From an uncultured delta proteobacterium (GTDB lineage Bacteria; Desulfobacterota; Syntrophobacteria; BM002): a stretch of DNA of 64,000 nt. Positions 21,258-31,845 of the stretch are shown here, piece after piece. The stretch lies in NCBI GenBank assembly GCA_963712115.1, contig CAVQGX010000032.1:1-64000 (forward strand), in the 5' to 3' direction. Each line of letters opens with the position of its first letter. Within the stretch, counting starts at the first letter, position 1. The notes beneath the pieces are model-generated. The model was not told the origin of the DNA, searched no databases, and saw only the letters and a program-made list of their open reading frames with translations. The translations under genes and the position numbers were made by a program.

Positions 21258-22534
21258 TTAGTGAACGGAACAGTTCGTAATGAACTGTACGTAGTCTCCC
21301 AGTACATCCCTTTTGTTTTGCCCACCGTAAACAACTTCTGATAGAAATCTATTCACATTCTCATCCCCATAGGGCACGTCCATGCTCTTTTTTCGTAATG
21401 ACTGTAATGCCTGCTCTAGCTCAGCTTCGTTATGTATTGTCCAACACGCCCCACACTCTTCGAATAACATTGTATTTGCATGGAGATACTTGAGGTAAAG
21501 AACAGGCTTTTCCTTGCATGAGTGCCTCGGTAATGACGCTCGAACCAATGATCAGGACTACGTCGGCCCACTCACATAGTTCCGGGGTGAGTACATGTGT
21601 GAAACATTGGGCAATGTCAAGTTGTCAAAAAGGTGACCTTCCTACCAGTTCGGGTATGAGGCTTAACAACTACTTCAATTTCGCTGAGACTTGCCAACAG
21701 GTCGAATGTATTTGCATCCTCTCTACATCAATCCTGCAATGAGGTTTCGATGACCATAAAGACTACTTTTAATCTTTCTGGACTCTGCTAGTTGATTCAA
21801 TCATTCTTGGCAGTATTTTCCTGTTTTGTGCTATCCATTCGCCACAGAATCTAGCACTACCCAATACAACAATTTTTTCACTGAGCGATGCCGGACCGGA
21901 CGAGCACATCTTTCCTTAAATGGTTCTGGACAATCACGTAATCGAATCGATTAAACTTATGAAATCTCTGCCTTGCTGACGTTCTAGCTTTATAGGATTC
22001 ATTGGTATATAAGTAGACGCCGTGAGGGAGTGCCAGGGTTGGTATAGACTTCTCTTTAGCCGCCTCCAACAGCACGTTAACGACATATCTACTCGGAAAT
22101 ATGTGGTCAAAACACAAAAGTTGTGCTTCGCTTTCTTTTAGAAAGTGATGAGCCCAACTTTTTCTATAAAAACTAATTCTTGTCAGTTCATATAAAACAC
22201 GGCCTATACTCTGCGCTGCTAATTCGCTCAGGCGAGATAAAAGCAAAGGTTTTTCATGACGATGAGAGCTAAATTTGTTGCCTTTGGCGTAAAACCACAG
22301 AAAAAGATAACGCATGGTCTTATGGAGACCATTCATTTTCTGGTCAAAAGCATCATAAATTGATTCTACTGTAACCCCTTGTTTTTTCAAAAACTTGAGA
22401 CGATAATCATTCTCAATATCGTATCGTGGATTTATACAATAAACGGCAACTGGATAATTGTCTTGCTTCATCCTCCACACTACAGGGGTAATATGATCCA
22501 CGTCATTGAAGTGCCTGACGCAAAACAAGTACAT
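21258..22534 (-). CDS. Hypothetical polysaccharide-locus protein (GT-B-like), frameshifted
   Basis: Pieces 21878-22534 (RHFNDVDH, ALPHG) and 21258-21548 (KPVLYLKYLH) with coding-like sequence between; context only. Confidence 0.45.
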
Positions 22535-22567
22535 CGATCCACATTCCTTAAAAGCGGATAGCCAAAC

Positions 22568-23590
22568 TTAGTACTTGCTCCATACAGTCTCCTTCGACAT
22601 ACTCTCGATAAATTCGAGTTCCTCCTGGGCAAGTGTCTTGTATCTATTGAGCGTACTATTGATAATACCGTTTTTCTCTGCTTCAAAACTGGTGTTAGCT
22701 CTTATTGGATATTTATTAAAAGTGGGTTCCAACAAGATATCCTCAAATTTTATTTCTAGGAATTCAGCCAGATAACGCATGACTGATTTTGTCTTGGTGA
22801 TCAAATCTTCAAATGTCAGGATACAAACACGATCTCCATATCTTTCTTTGTTCCGTAACATTGCCTGGGCACTCTTTTTCCACAGGTCTACTCCTTCCCG
22901 AATATCCCGGCAAATTCTAGGTTTGTGTCTGATAGCGGAAGGATACCAGTTTTTCGGATCCCTAATAATGGAAATCAATCTGCCGTCGGGATATATTTCG
23001 AAAAACGATTCCATATTGTCCTTGCTCATCGCCAGCCTTGCGGTAAAAGCCGTAATGAATCTCTTTTGGCCGGAGCTGTTTTGATTGTTGAGCCAGGCGC
23101 CAAAATAAGAGGTCATGTAACCGTCGAATACATCTCTGAGTGTTAGCGAATCGATTGAACCCACGTAATCCAAAAATATTTCCCTTTGCACAGAGGGCAG
23201 AAATAGAAAGAGAAAAGCGTCGTCTCGCTTTTTTTCCTTTTTATAGCCTTTTTTGAAATGACTGAGGACGCTGTACTCGAAGAGGGTTTCCAGCCACCGG
23301 TTTGGGTCATCTTTCAGGTCTAGTTTCGGCCAGGTATATTTCGTCGGATACCCAATCTTCAGTTCATGGGGATGAGCATGGAGTTCTGAATGCCCGTCAA
23401 AAAGTTGGCTCAGCAGAGTTCCGCCGGAACGCTGTATCTGAGAAATCAAAGCAAGCGGAGAAGTCACAGGCCGAGTGTGTTCTAGACACGCCTGGTAAAG
23501 GGTCTCTAAATGGATTCTACTTTGTCCGAACTCCATATTTATCTTCTTAATGCGCGAAATGGTTATGATATTCCCATGTATAAGGTTCAA
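22568..23590 (-). CDS. Sulfotransferase family protein (type A, copy 3)
   Basis: SQIQRSGGTLL, IIRDPKNW, TFEDL; closely similar to 14729-15874. Confidence 0.8.
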   Translation of the reverse strand: MNLIHGNIITISRIKKINMEFGQSRIHLETLYQACLEHTRPVTSPLALISQIQRSGGTLLSQLFDGHSELHAHPHELKIGYPTKYTWPKLDLKDDPNRWLETLFEYSVLSHFKKGYKKEKKRDDAFLFLFLPSVQREIFLDYVGSIDSLTLRDVFDGYMTSYFGAWLNNQNSSGQKRFITAFTARLAMSKDNMESFFEIYPDGRLISIIRDPKNWYPSAIRHKPRICRDIREGVDLWKKSAQAMLRNKERYGDRVCILTFEDLITKTKSVMRYLAEFLEIKFEDILLEPTFNKYPIRANTSFEAEKNGIINSTLNRYKTLAQEELEFIESMSKETVWSKY

Positions 23591-23615
23591 TTAGACCCTA
23601 CTCAATTTCGCGCCT

Positions 23616-23644
23616 AACCTAACTTCTTCCCCTGTTTTTGTCAA
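23616..23644 (-). promoter_or_regulatory. Sigma70-like promoter (copy 2, leftward)
   Basis: Minus strand TTGACA-N17-TAGGTT, duplicate of 16183-16211. Confidence 0.55.
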
Positions 23645-23659
23645 TGCCAACATATTGTT

Positions 23660-23871
23660 TGACGGCTTCGTAAAAAGCTCCATGTGCGGTGTTGCGCTTC
23701 ATCTTTCGTCACTGCGGCGCACCCATAAGTGCGCCTCATTCCAAAAGATTATTCGCGCTCGCTGCGCTCCGCTCAGTCCCACCACTTGGTGGCGGGTTCC
23801 CAGTTTCGCGCGCCTTGCATCTGGAGCTTTTTACTGTGCCGTCTCCTTGAGAGGTTTTTACGAAACCATCA
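23660..23871. mobile_element. MITE with 17-bp terminal inverted repeats and a 5-bp target duplication
   Basis: TGACGGCTTCGTAAAAA (23660-23676) vs TTTTTACGAAACCATCA (23855-23871), 15/17 inverted match; TTGTT on both flanks; no transposase. Confidence 0.8.
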
Positions 23872-23966
23872 TTGTTAAGATTTGGTGGAATCAAGGTTCA
23901 CCGAGTGCCCTTCCCTAAGGGTACAATCAACATACCCCTGGGAGTCAATCCCATGGGAATACCTGC

Positions 23967-23996
23967 TTGACAGTAAATCTTCCTTCAGGCTAGTAT
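23967..23996 (+). promoter_or_regulatory. Sigma70-like promoter (copy 2, rightward)
   Basis: TTGACA-N18-TAGTAT, duplicate of 16314-16343. Confidence 0.55.
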
Positions 23997-24132
23997 TCCA
24001 TCTCGCTCAAAGGAAAAAACAGGCTGCAATAACGTTGGCGACGTCTAAGCTAGAATAGTATGAAATCTATCCTTCAAAGCTGCATCTTGAGCCAGTCGTT
24101 GTCTGCAGGCATATGGAAGGTCAGGTGAGAGC

Positions 24133-25545
24133 ATGAATTCAGCCGTCAAAGGGACGCTACTTATCCCTGTTGAGAATCAGGTGCGGGAGCTTGACCCCAA
24201 GCTCTTGCTCGCCTATGTAGCAGCGAAACGTGGGTTTTCTTCCATACTCGGCTTCCGCCGGGAGATACACTTTCACATCTCGTCTTTTCCGCCGGGGATA
24301 TACCTCTCCAAGAGCATGACCGCCGCCAGTGACCTCATGTTTCAAATCATGCGAAAGCTCGGCCATGAGATCGTGGCTTGGGATGAAGAAGCGCTTGTCC
24401 ACTTGCCGCCTGATACCTATTTCTCCCGCCGGTTATCTCCTGTGGCGATGGCATTTGTATCCCATATGTTGGCTTGGGGCCAAGACAACGCTGAGCTGTG
24501 GCAACAATATCCCCACTTGCCAGATGGGGCAGAGATCCATGTCACGGGAAATCCTCGTAATGACTTGCTGCGGCCTGAGATCCGCCACTATTACGAAGAA
24601 ACGGTGGGAGAGTTGCGAAAGAGATACGGTGATTTCATTCTCATTAACACTAATTTCAATCACGTGAATGCCTTTTATCCGGGGCTGAATCTTTTCGTGC
24701 CCAACGACAAACCTGGGGGAGAGCCCAGGCCTGGTCGGGCGGCAAAGGGCATGAGCAGGGAGTATGCCGAAGGGCTGCGGGATCACAAACAGGCAATATT
24801 TGAGAAATTCCAGCAACTCATCCCTGCCGTTGAAAAAGCGTTCCCGAAATACAACATTGTTGTCCGGCCTCATCCCACGGAAAATCAAGAGATTTATCGC
24901 CAGATCGCTGCAGGGTGTGAGCGAGTGGAGGTAACCAATGAGGGCAACGTGGTCCCCTGGCTCATGGCCGCAAAGGCACTCATCCATAACGGCTGCACCA
25001 CCGGAGTGGAAGCCTATGTAATGGGCGTCCCGGCCATCTCCTACAGGGCGACAGTCAATGAGTATTACGACTACGGCTTCTATCGCTTACCCAATCTGCT
25101 CAGTCACCAGTGCTTCGACTTTGAGGAGTTGCGGCTGACCTTGGAGAAGATTCTTGCCGGGGAACTGGGAGCTGCGGGTGGAGATGAACGTAAAATCCTC
25201 GTTAGATCAGCATTTGGCGGCACTGGACGGTCCCTTGGCCTGTGAGCGCATCGTGGATGTTTGCGAAAAGATAATTGATGGGCAGTTCGAAAGGTCAAAA
25301 CCAGGCTTACTCGATCGTTTGACCGGCTACTGCATGGCAACCATGCGCACCCTAAAAAGAAAGATCAAGGCGCGCCTTCCACGTTCGCGCAATAAACCCG
25401 AGTTTCACCGCCATCGTTATCCTGAGGTTTCCCTTGAGGAAATGCGGGAGCGGATGTCAAGTTTCAGCAGGTGCTAGGCGACAGCAGAGAACTGCAGGTG
25501 GAACAGATATCCGATCAGTTTTTTCGGATTAGCGGCGGACATTAA
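24133..25545 (+). CDS. Surface carbohydrate biosynthesis protein paralog 3, two frameshifts near the 3' end
   Basis: 24133-25245, 25154-25477 and tail ...EQISDQFFRISGGH ending TAA 25545 align with 6727-8127. Confidence 0.75.
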
Positions 25546-25707
25546 GCTTGACACCTGACATTCGTTTGGGCGAACATCACGCCCTGCTAATGAGATGTTT
25601 CTATCTCTCATATTTCGGCATCCGCTTCGCGACGTGGGAGACGTAAATGAGTTGTCCGAGCAGACTACCATTTGTGGATGGAGACCAAATAGAGGTCGAG
25701 CAATAGC

Positions 25708-27112
25708 ATGAAGGCAACAAAAGCCACCCTTCTCATTCCAGTGGAGAATCAGGTGCGCGAACTCGATCCCAAGCTCCTGCTCGCCTGTATTGCCGCCAAG
25801 CGTGGGTTTTCCTCGGTGATCGGCTCACACCGGGAGATAGACTTCCGCATTGCATCATTTCCCAGAAGTCTATATCTCTGCAAAAGCTTCACGGTTAGTA
25901 ACCTCAAGATGTTTCGAATCATTCACAAGCTCGGACATGAAATCGTGTCTTGGGACGAAGAAGCGCTTGTCCACCTGCCCTCTGAGATGTATTACTCGCG
26001 CCGCCTTTCTCCCTTGACAATGAAGTATCTATCTCATCTGTTTGCCTGGGGTGAGGACAACGCTGAGCTTTGGCGGCAATATCCCGAATTCCCAGCCGGA
26101 TTGCCGATCCATGTAACCGGCAATCCTCGTAATGACATGTTGCGACCAGAAATGCGTGCTTTTTATGAAAACGAGGTTAAGGAAATCCGCAACGTTTACG
26201 GTGAGTTCATTCTCATTAACACCAATTTCAATCACGTAAATTCATTTTCACCGGTCCAAAATCTGTTCCAGCCGGTGAAAAACCCTGGAGAAGAACCCAT
26301 TTTCGGCAAAGCCGCGAGAGGAATGACCCGTGAATACGCTGAAGGGTTCAGAGATCACAAAACAGCAATCTTCGAAGACTTTCAGCGCCTCATTCCGGAC
26401 CTTGAAAAAGAGTTTCCGAGCTACACAATCGTTGTCAGGCCTCACCCAACGGAGAGTCAAGATATTTATAACAGAATTGCTGCCCAGTGCGAACGGGTGC
26501 GGGTTACCAACGAGGGCAACGTGGTTCCCTGGCTCATGGCCACCAGGGCGCTCATCCATAATGGTTGCACTACCGGGGTAGAGGCTTTCGTCATGGGGGT
26601 TCCCGCCATTTCCTACAGGGCCACGGTCAATGATTTCTACGATCATGGCTTCTACCGCTTACCGAATCTACTCAGTCACCAGTGCTTTGACTTTGAGGAG
26701 CTGAGTATAACTCTTAGGAAAGATTCTGGCCGGTGAACTAGGTGCTGCGAATGGAGAAGAACGGAAAGCACTAATTGAACATCATTTAGCTGCAAGAGAA
26801 GGACCCCTAGCCTGTGAGAGAATCATCGATGTTTTGGAAGAAATAATGGAAGACCGGCCTGAACTACCTAAGCCAGCCTTACCCGATCGGTTTGGCGGCT
26901 GGTGGATTGCGAACGGACGTCGCCTCATCAAACGGGCCAAGGCGTACCTCCCAGGTCCACACAACCGACCGAAGTTTCAGCGCCATCGTTACCCTGGTAT
27001 TTCACTGGAAGAACTGCATGATCGCATTAGAAGGTTTCAAAAGCTACTAGGCTACGAGGAAGAACTCAGAGTACAACAATTATACTCTCATATTTTTCAG
27101 ATCACTCCGTGA
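25708..27112 (+). CDS. Surface carbohydrate biosynthesis protein paralog 4, one frameshift
   Basis: 25708-26736 and 26834-27112 align with 6727-8127. Confidence 0.75.
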
Positions 27113-27131
27113 GGCAAAGCGAAGGATTAGT

Positions 27132-27993
27132 ATGAAGATTCTGATATTGGGGACGGGAAAGTCTGGAACTACAGCTCTCGTTTACAAGGTTGCCGGAGGA
27201 CTTCCCAACTGCCAAGCTTTCTCCGGTGGCCAACCCGGCAAACACTTAGGTAACTATGAGAACGCTGTGTACAAGCATACCTACGAAGAGCGCAAAGGTA
27301 AAAGCTTTGATCTTTACCAGGAACACTTACAAAAAGAGCATTACGACCGCAAGATCTGGATGGCCCGAGATCCTCGGGATGCCGCTGTCAGCCGCATGCT
27401 ATACCGGTGGCACAAGGGCCACCGTGGAAACAAGGAGCAATACCAGGCTCATCTCGAGCTGGTGTTAAAAAAGGAGCAGGATCCGAGATCCATTCCTTTC
27501 CATGTCATTTGCCGCTACACGGCTCACAATGGTTGGCCCATTACCACGGAGGAAGTGGTGGAGGAGGAGAGGATCCGCTATCAAAATATGAGTGACTTTG
27601 TCAAAACCCTAGGTGAGGATTGGTATCTCTTCACCTATGAGAGCATGGTCGGCAAGAATTTCGACAGTCTGAATAAGTATCTGGGATTTCAAGTAGAGGC
27701 AGGACGCTGAAGTCCCCAAGTCGACTGGAAAGGCGAAAGTGGTCAGGAAAAAGGCCGTGGGCGACTGGCGCCATTGGTTTACTGAGGAAGATGTGGATCT
27801 CTTCAAGCCTGCATATTTGCCCTACATGGAGGTAATCGGCTACGACTGCGATGATTGGACTCTCAGCAACAATCCAGTCATTGAACCCGAGTACTCATCC
27901 ATTTATATACAGCGGTTGGCCCGGATGAAGACTATCAATACTATTCGAAGGTTCAAAGACTCACTTCTACAACTTTTTTCGATAAGGAGTTGA
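27132..27993 (+). CDS. Sulfotransferase domain protein (type B, copy 2), one frameshift
   Basis: GTGKSGTT, ARDPRDAAVS, RKKAVGDWRHWFT; paralog of 19028-19898. Confidence 0.72.
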
Positions 27994-28095
27994 GATACAC
28001 CAGCGGACGCATTCGCCCTCCCTCGAAAGACGGAATGCGCAGCTAAGATTGAATTTTTGCCAAATTCTAACTTACTCGTAATCCTGATCTCCAAA

Positions 28096-28875
28096 TCAAC
28101 TAATTCTTAGCACTAGCGCTTGTCCGGTCACCAAATGGAACAGTTTGAAATTAGGATTATGCACGAATGAATTCATCGGTAGCTTTCTTTGGCACCTTTA
28201 CACGTAATAAAACCGTAATCGTCTACGATAATAACGCTGCCAGGGATTGTACGACCGCAAAAAATTCCAGGCAAAACTTCGTCACCGGATAAACGTCAAC
28301 GTCAATATGTACCATGCCAAAATTTGTTATCTTTTCTATGTGTTCCGCAGTCTTCAAAAAATCACCCTTATATATGATTGCATTAGGTGAACTGAGATAA
28401 GCTTTCACTTTTTCATACGATGTGTCTTCAAACGTGCCAATGCGATGTTTTCCGTCTATACTCTCATCCACAACAGCGTGACCTTCAAAGGTGTCAAATA
28501 TATAAAATTGGTTTTCATACCGTTCTGTTTTAGTGTTTCTATAATAAACTTGGCTGAACCTCCACGATAGGTGCCAACTTCTGCTAACGGAGAGTCTGGC
28601 GATGAGATATGGCGAACGGCTTGCCAAAGAGTATAGAGACGGTCGTAATTTAACGTGGTGGTCTGATCTTCGATGACTTGAGAGGCAATTTCGCTGAAAC
28701 CTGGCAGTTTCTTCAAGTCGATTTTTCTATGAGCATTGTACCATAAGTAGTTGTAATAAATTGTTCTTCTCTTAACAAGCGCATAATTTTGTCCCATTGT
28801 CTTGAGTAAGTTATTAACTCTATTAATGACCCTATGTTTAAACTTCAAAGGCTTATTTTCCAAAATATACTCCAT
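28096..28875 (-). CDS. TylF/MycF-family O-methyltransferase, several indels
   Basis: AEVGTYRGGS, FDTFEG, VHIDVDVY, IVDDYG motifs across pieces 28456-28875, 28223-28627 and a tail ending at 28096. Confidence 0.75.
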
Positions 28876-28923
28876 CTTTGTCGGTACTATGATTTTACTT
28901 CAAAAAGCAATTCATTTCTTGTT

Positions 28924-30416
28924 TTAATCTTGACCTACCTTTCTGATGTTTCTAACAGTCTTCATTATCAAGTAGCGCATCACGGCAAAAGGAAAAAGAA
29001 AAATAATTAATGGATAGCTCCACCATGGTTTTTTGTATTCCGGAGATGTTAAACTCATTTTATCCAAATTTTCAATGGCCTCAACGAAGATTGGAGTACA
29101 TGGCGAATCTAGTCCATGAGGACGAACAAAGCTTTCGATGAAACTTCTTATTCTTTCTTGGTAAGATGATTGCCCATTCAAAACTTTGCTTAATTGATCC
29201 AGATGTTCATCAAGGCTATCACTAATGTAGAGAAGGCCACCTTGCACCAGATAGTGAAAATGAAGAGTGCCCTCTTGAGTATTGTTAAAATCGGGCGCTA
29301 AGATGGTAAAAACAGGCTTATTGAGAATTCCTGCCTCGATCATGGCGCTGGTATTGATGCCAACTGCCGCCACGCTGTGATACATGGAATCGTAGAAGTC
29401 ATTCACGGAATTTTCATCCACAGGATTTGCACCCTTACGGGGATAAATTACCACATCCTGAAAATGAGAAAAGTCCGCATCTTCCCACTGTTCAACATTT
29501 CGTGGATGCGGTCTTACTAGTACTCCCATAGTTTCTTAGATCTGGATCTTTATGCTCTCTTAAGTCTCTTGGTCCATTTCGCCACAAATTCGACTTCCTT
29601 CGGTGCAATGAAGGGAGAAGAGCACAAATAAAGAATAAATGGTCTTTGACTCGGTAATCCTACATTACGCAGAAAATCTTCTCTTGAAGTAGACGGTTTA
29701 TGATCAAACCATTTATCGTAACACTGGGCACCGGTTATTACGACTTTGGAAGGTGAAATTCTGTGAAATTCGACCGCTTCACGTTTCTGTATCTCGTTCC
29801 AGACAAGAACTATATCTGTTTCGATTTGAATCAGGCTTTTGTTGGTTAAATTATCCCAACTAAATACACACAGCCCTGTCTTTATACCTAGAGATTTTGC
29901 ACTCTTAAGCCAGTCAAGTTGACTTGCTTTAAGATCGATTAAAGGGGTAACTAAAAAGACATCTGGATTATATGATTTAAGAATTTGTCGAACCGCTGAA
30001 TCAACAGGGATTGCACGTTCTATTTTTCTTAAAAAACTTACAAAGGACCAAATTCTTTTTTCACTGTTGCCAACAACAATTCTTAGAAGAAAACAGAGTA
30101 AGGAGGGCAACTCTGATGCAGCTCGTTGTCTTAGCTTATTTGAGCTATGATACCTCTTGTCAAGAAATCGCAGATAGGTTTGTAATAGTCTAATAGGCGT
30201 AGCAATTGGAGTCCAAAATCGATCACGCCAGGAATAGACAGCATAAGTAATTTTGGCATCATTTCGCTGGAGCTTTTTTATCTCATTTTCCTTGTAATCC
30301 TTCCCAATCTTATAGAAACCCAGGTGAACAGTGTGCCCTCTCTCTGCAAGCAGCCTCACAACAGATTCATAGTTGCGAAGATACTCCGAATGACGCAACA
30401 AAAAAAATATTCTCAT
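28924..30416 (-). CDS. Putative GT-B glycosyltransferase / CDP-glycerol glycerophosphotransferase-like protein, frameshifted near 29530-29560
   Basis: Pieces 29550-30416 (SWDNLTNK, VWNE, TGAQCYD) and 28924-29529 (VRPHP, GINTSAMIEA..KPV). Confidence 0.55.
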
Positions 30417-30642
30417 CCTATCTAATCCATAACCTCATTGAAAATTATTCAAATATTTCTACTGCATTTTTATAAAAAAAGACTGACATTATTTTCTTTC
30501 TTCCGTCCCAACTATAATATTTGGCTCTGATACTACATCACGGGTATGAGGTCAAGCCTGTGATCGTCGGCCCTCTATACTTTCTTTGGCTGTTAATGGC
30601 ACCGCATGTGGCATCTTCCTCAAGACAAACTTCAGCCACTCT

Positions 30643-31845
30643 CTACGCCCTCCAGTTTCCCCTCGCCACCGGACCTGGGTTATCAAAACGAAATGAACTG
30701 AATACCAGTCCCTTTACTATCGGATGCGAAAACAGCTCTTTCTCTTTATCCTCAGACCGCTCGTCCCACTGGCGAGCCACATACAAATTTACCGGCTGAT
30801 TTTTCAACACTGGTTCATAATCTGAACTGAGATGGTCCAAAAGAGGCGGCATATTAAAACCATCAAGGTAGTTTTGCAAATAACCATAACCTCGATGCAT
30901 GGGCCAGAGTTGGTGCCACATGGATGGGCACTGAGAGGAGTTTTGGTTGATCACCAGCTCATCTATAATTCCACGCTTCACCCAATCGCGCCAGTAAAGA
31001 GTGGTATTTCCCAAAGGCGGTCCAAGAACATCGCCCCTTGGCACACCCACAGCCAGCCGTACACCCAAAAGATTGAGTCTGTGACGCAGCTCTGATAAAA
31101 ACGTAGTGAGATATTCCCCAAGCAGATCCCGCCATGCTTGCAGGTCAAAGTCTTCGGTACATATATCTCGTCCATAACGTGCTAAGTAATCCTGGCGCAC
31201 AGGTTCATCGAAACCGAATTGATCCGCAAAGTCCGCCGGTCGCGACTGTGAGCGCAAACAGACGAAAAGACCATCAAACTCGGTCCCCTGCAAAAGGTCT
31301 AGGAAACGAGTGCAAAAATGGGAACGGACTTCCGGATAAGCCAAACAGAGTACACCCCACTGCCGCCGCTCTCCGCGGCGATCTATCACGGCATACTCAG
31401 GGTTTTCGCGGCTGAAACTGGTCTGCCAACTTACGTGGTGGTGGTGCTTTTCGCTATGATAGCTGACTTGGCGGACGTTTTTGGGCGCCAGAGGCCAACC
31501 CTCGTCGAACACGGAGACATAAAGGTATGCTTTCATTCCCATTCCATGGGCAAACTGGGGTACAACCTCGAAAAAGCTCCAGCCGAGGCCACGGTCTTGG
31601 GCTCGAAACGGATGCTCAAGTCCCTTGGCAGCATAGTAGTGACCCTTGATGTATGCTCGAATAATTCGCCAATGAACTATGGCAGCACCTAGCTCATCTC
31701 TCCAGCGCTCCATTCTTCTCTGGAGTGCTCCAAGAGTTGCGAGTCGACCATCACCCTCACCAACCGTCAGATGATCACCCCATGAGACACTGACTATGTT
31801 GCGCGGCTTCATCATTTGATTTTCAACTTTATTAAGAATCGCCAT
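30643..31845 (-). CDS. Glycoside-hydrolase-like TIM-barrel protein (GHL10/DUF187-like)
   Basis: GMKAYLYVS, LCLAYPEVR, FDGLFV, FGFDEPV..Y..RYG.D, WRDWVKRGIIDEL pattern; last gene of the LPS core operon. Confidence 0.5.
   Translation of the reverse strand: MAILNKVENQMMKPRNIVSVSWGDHLTVGEGDGRLATLGALQRRMERWRDELGAAIVHWRIIRAYIKGHYYAAKGLEHPFRAQDRGLGWSFFEVVPQFAHGMGMKAYLYVSVFDEGWPLAPKNVRQVSYHSEKHHHHVSWQTSFSRENPEYAVIDRRGERRQWGVLCLAYPEVRSHFCTRFLDLLQGTEFDGLFVCLRSQSRPADFADQFGFDEPVRQDYLARYGRDICTEDFDLQAWRDLLGEYLTTFLSELRHRLNLLGVRLAVGVPRGDVLGPPLGNTTLYWRDWVKRGIIDELVINQNSSQCPSMWHQLWPMHRGYGYLQNYLDGFNMPPLLDHLSSDYEPVLKNQPVNLYVARQWDERSEDKEKELFSHPIVKGLVFSSFRFDNPGPVARGNWRA

Noticed and set aside
6727-27112. Repeated near-identical coding segments as DGR template/variable repeats
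   Set aside because: No reverse transcriptase is present, and similarity spans whole paralogous genes without adenine-specific differences
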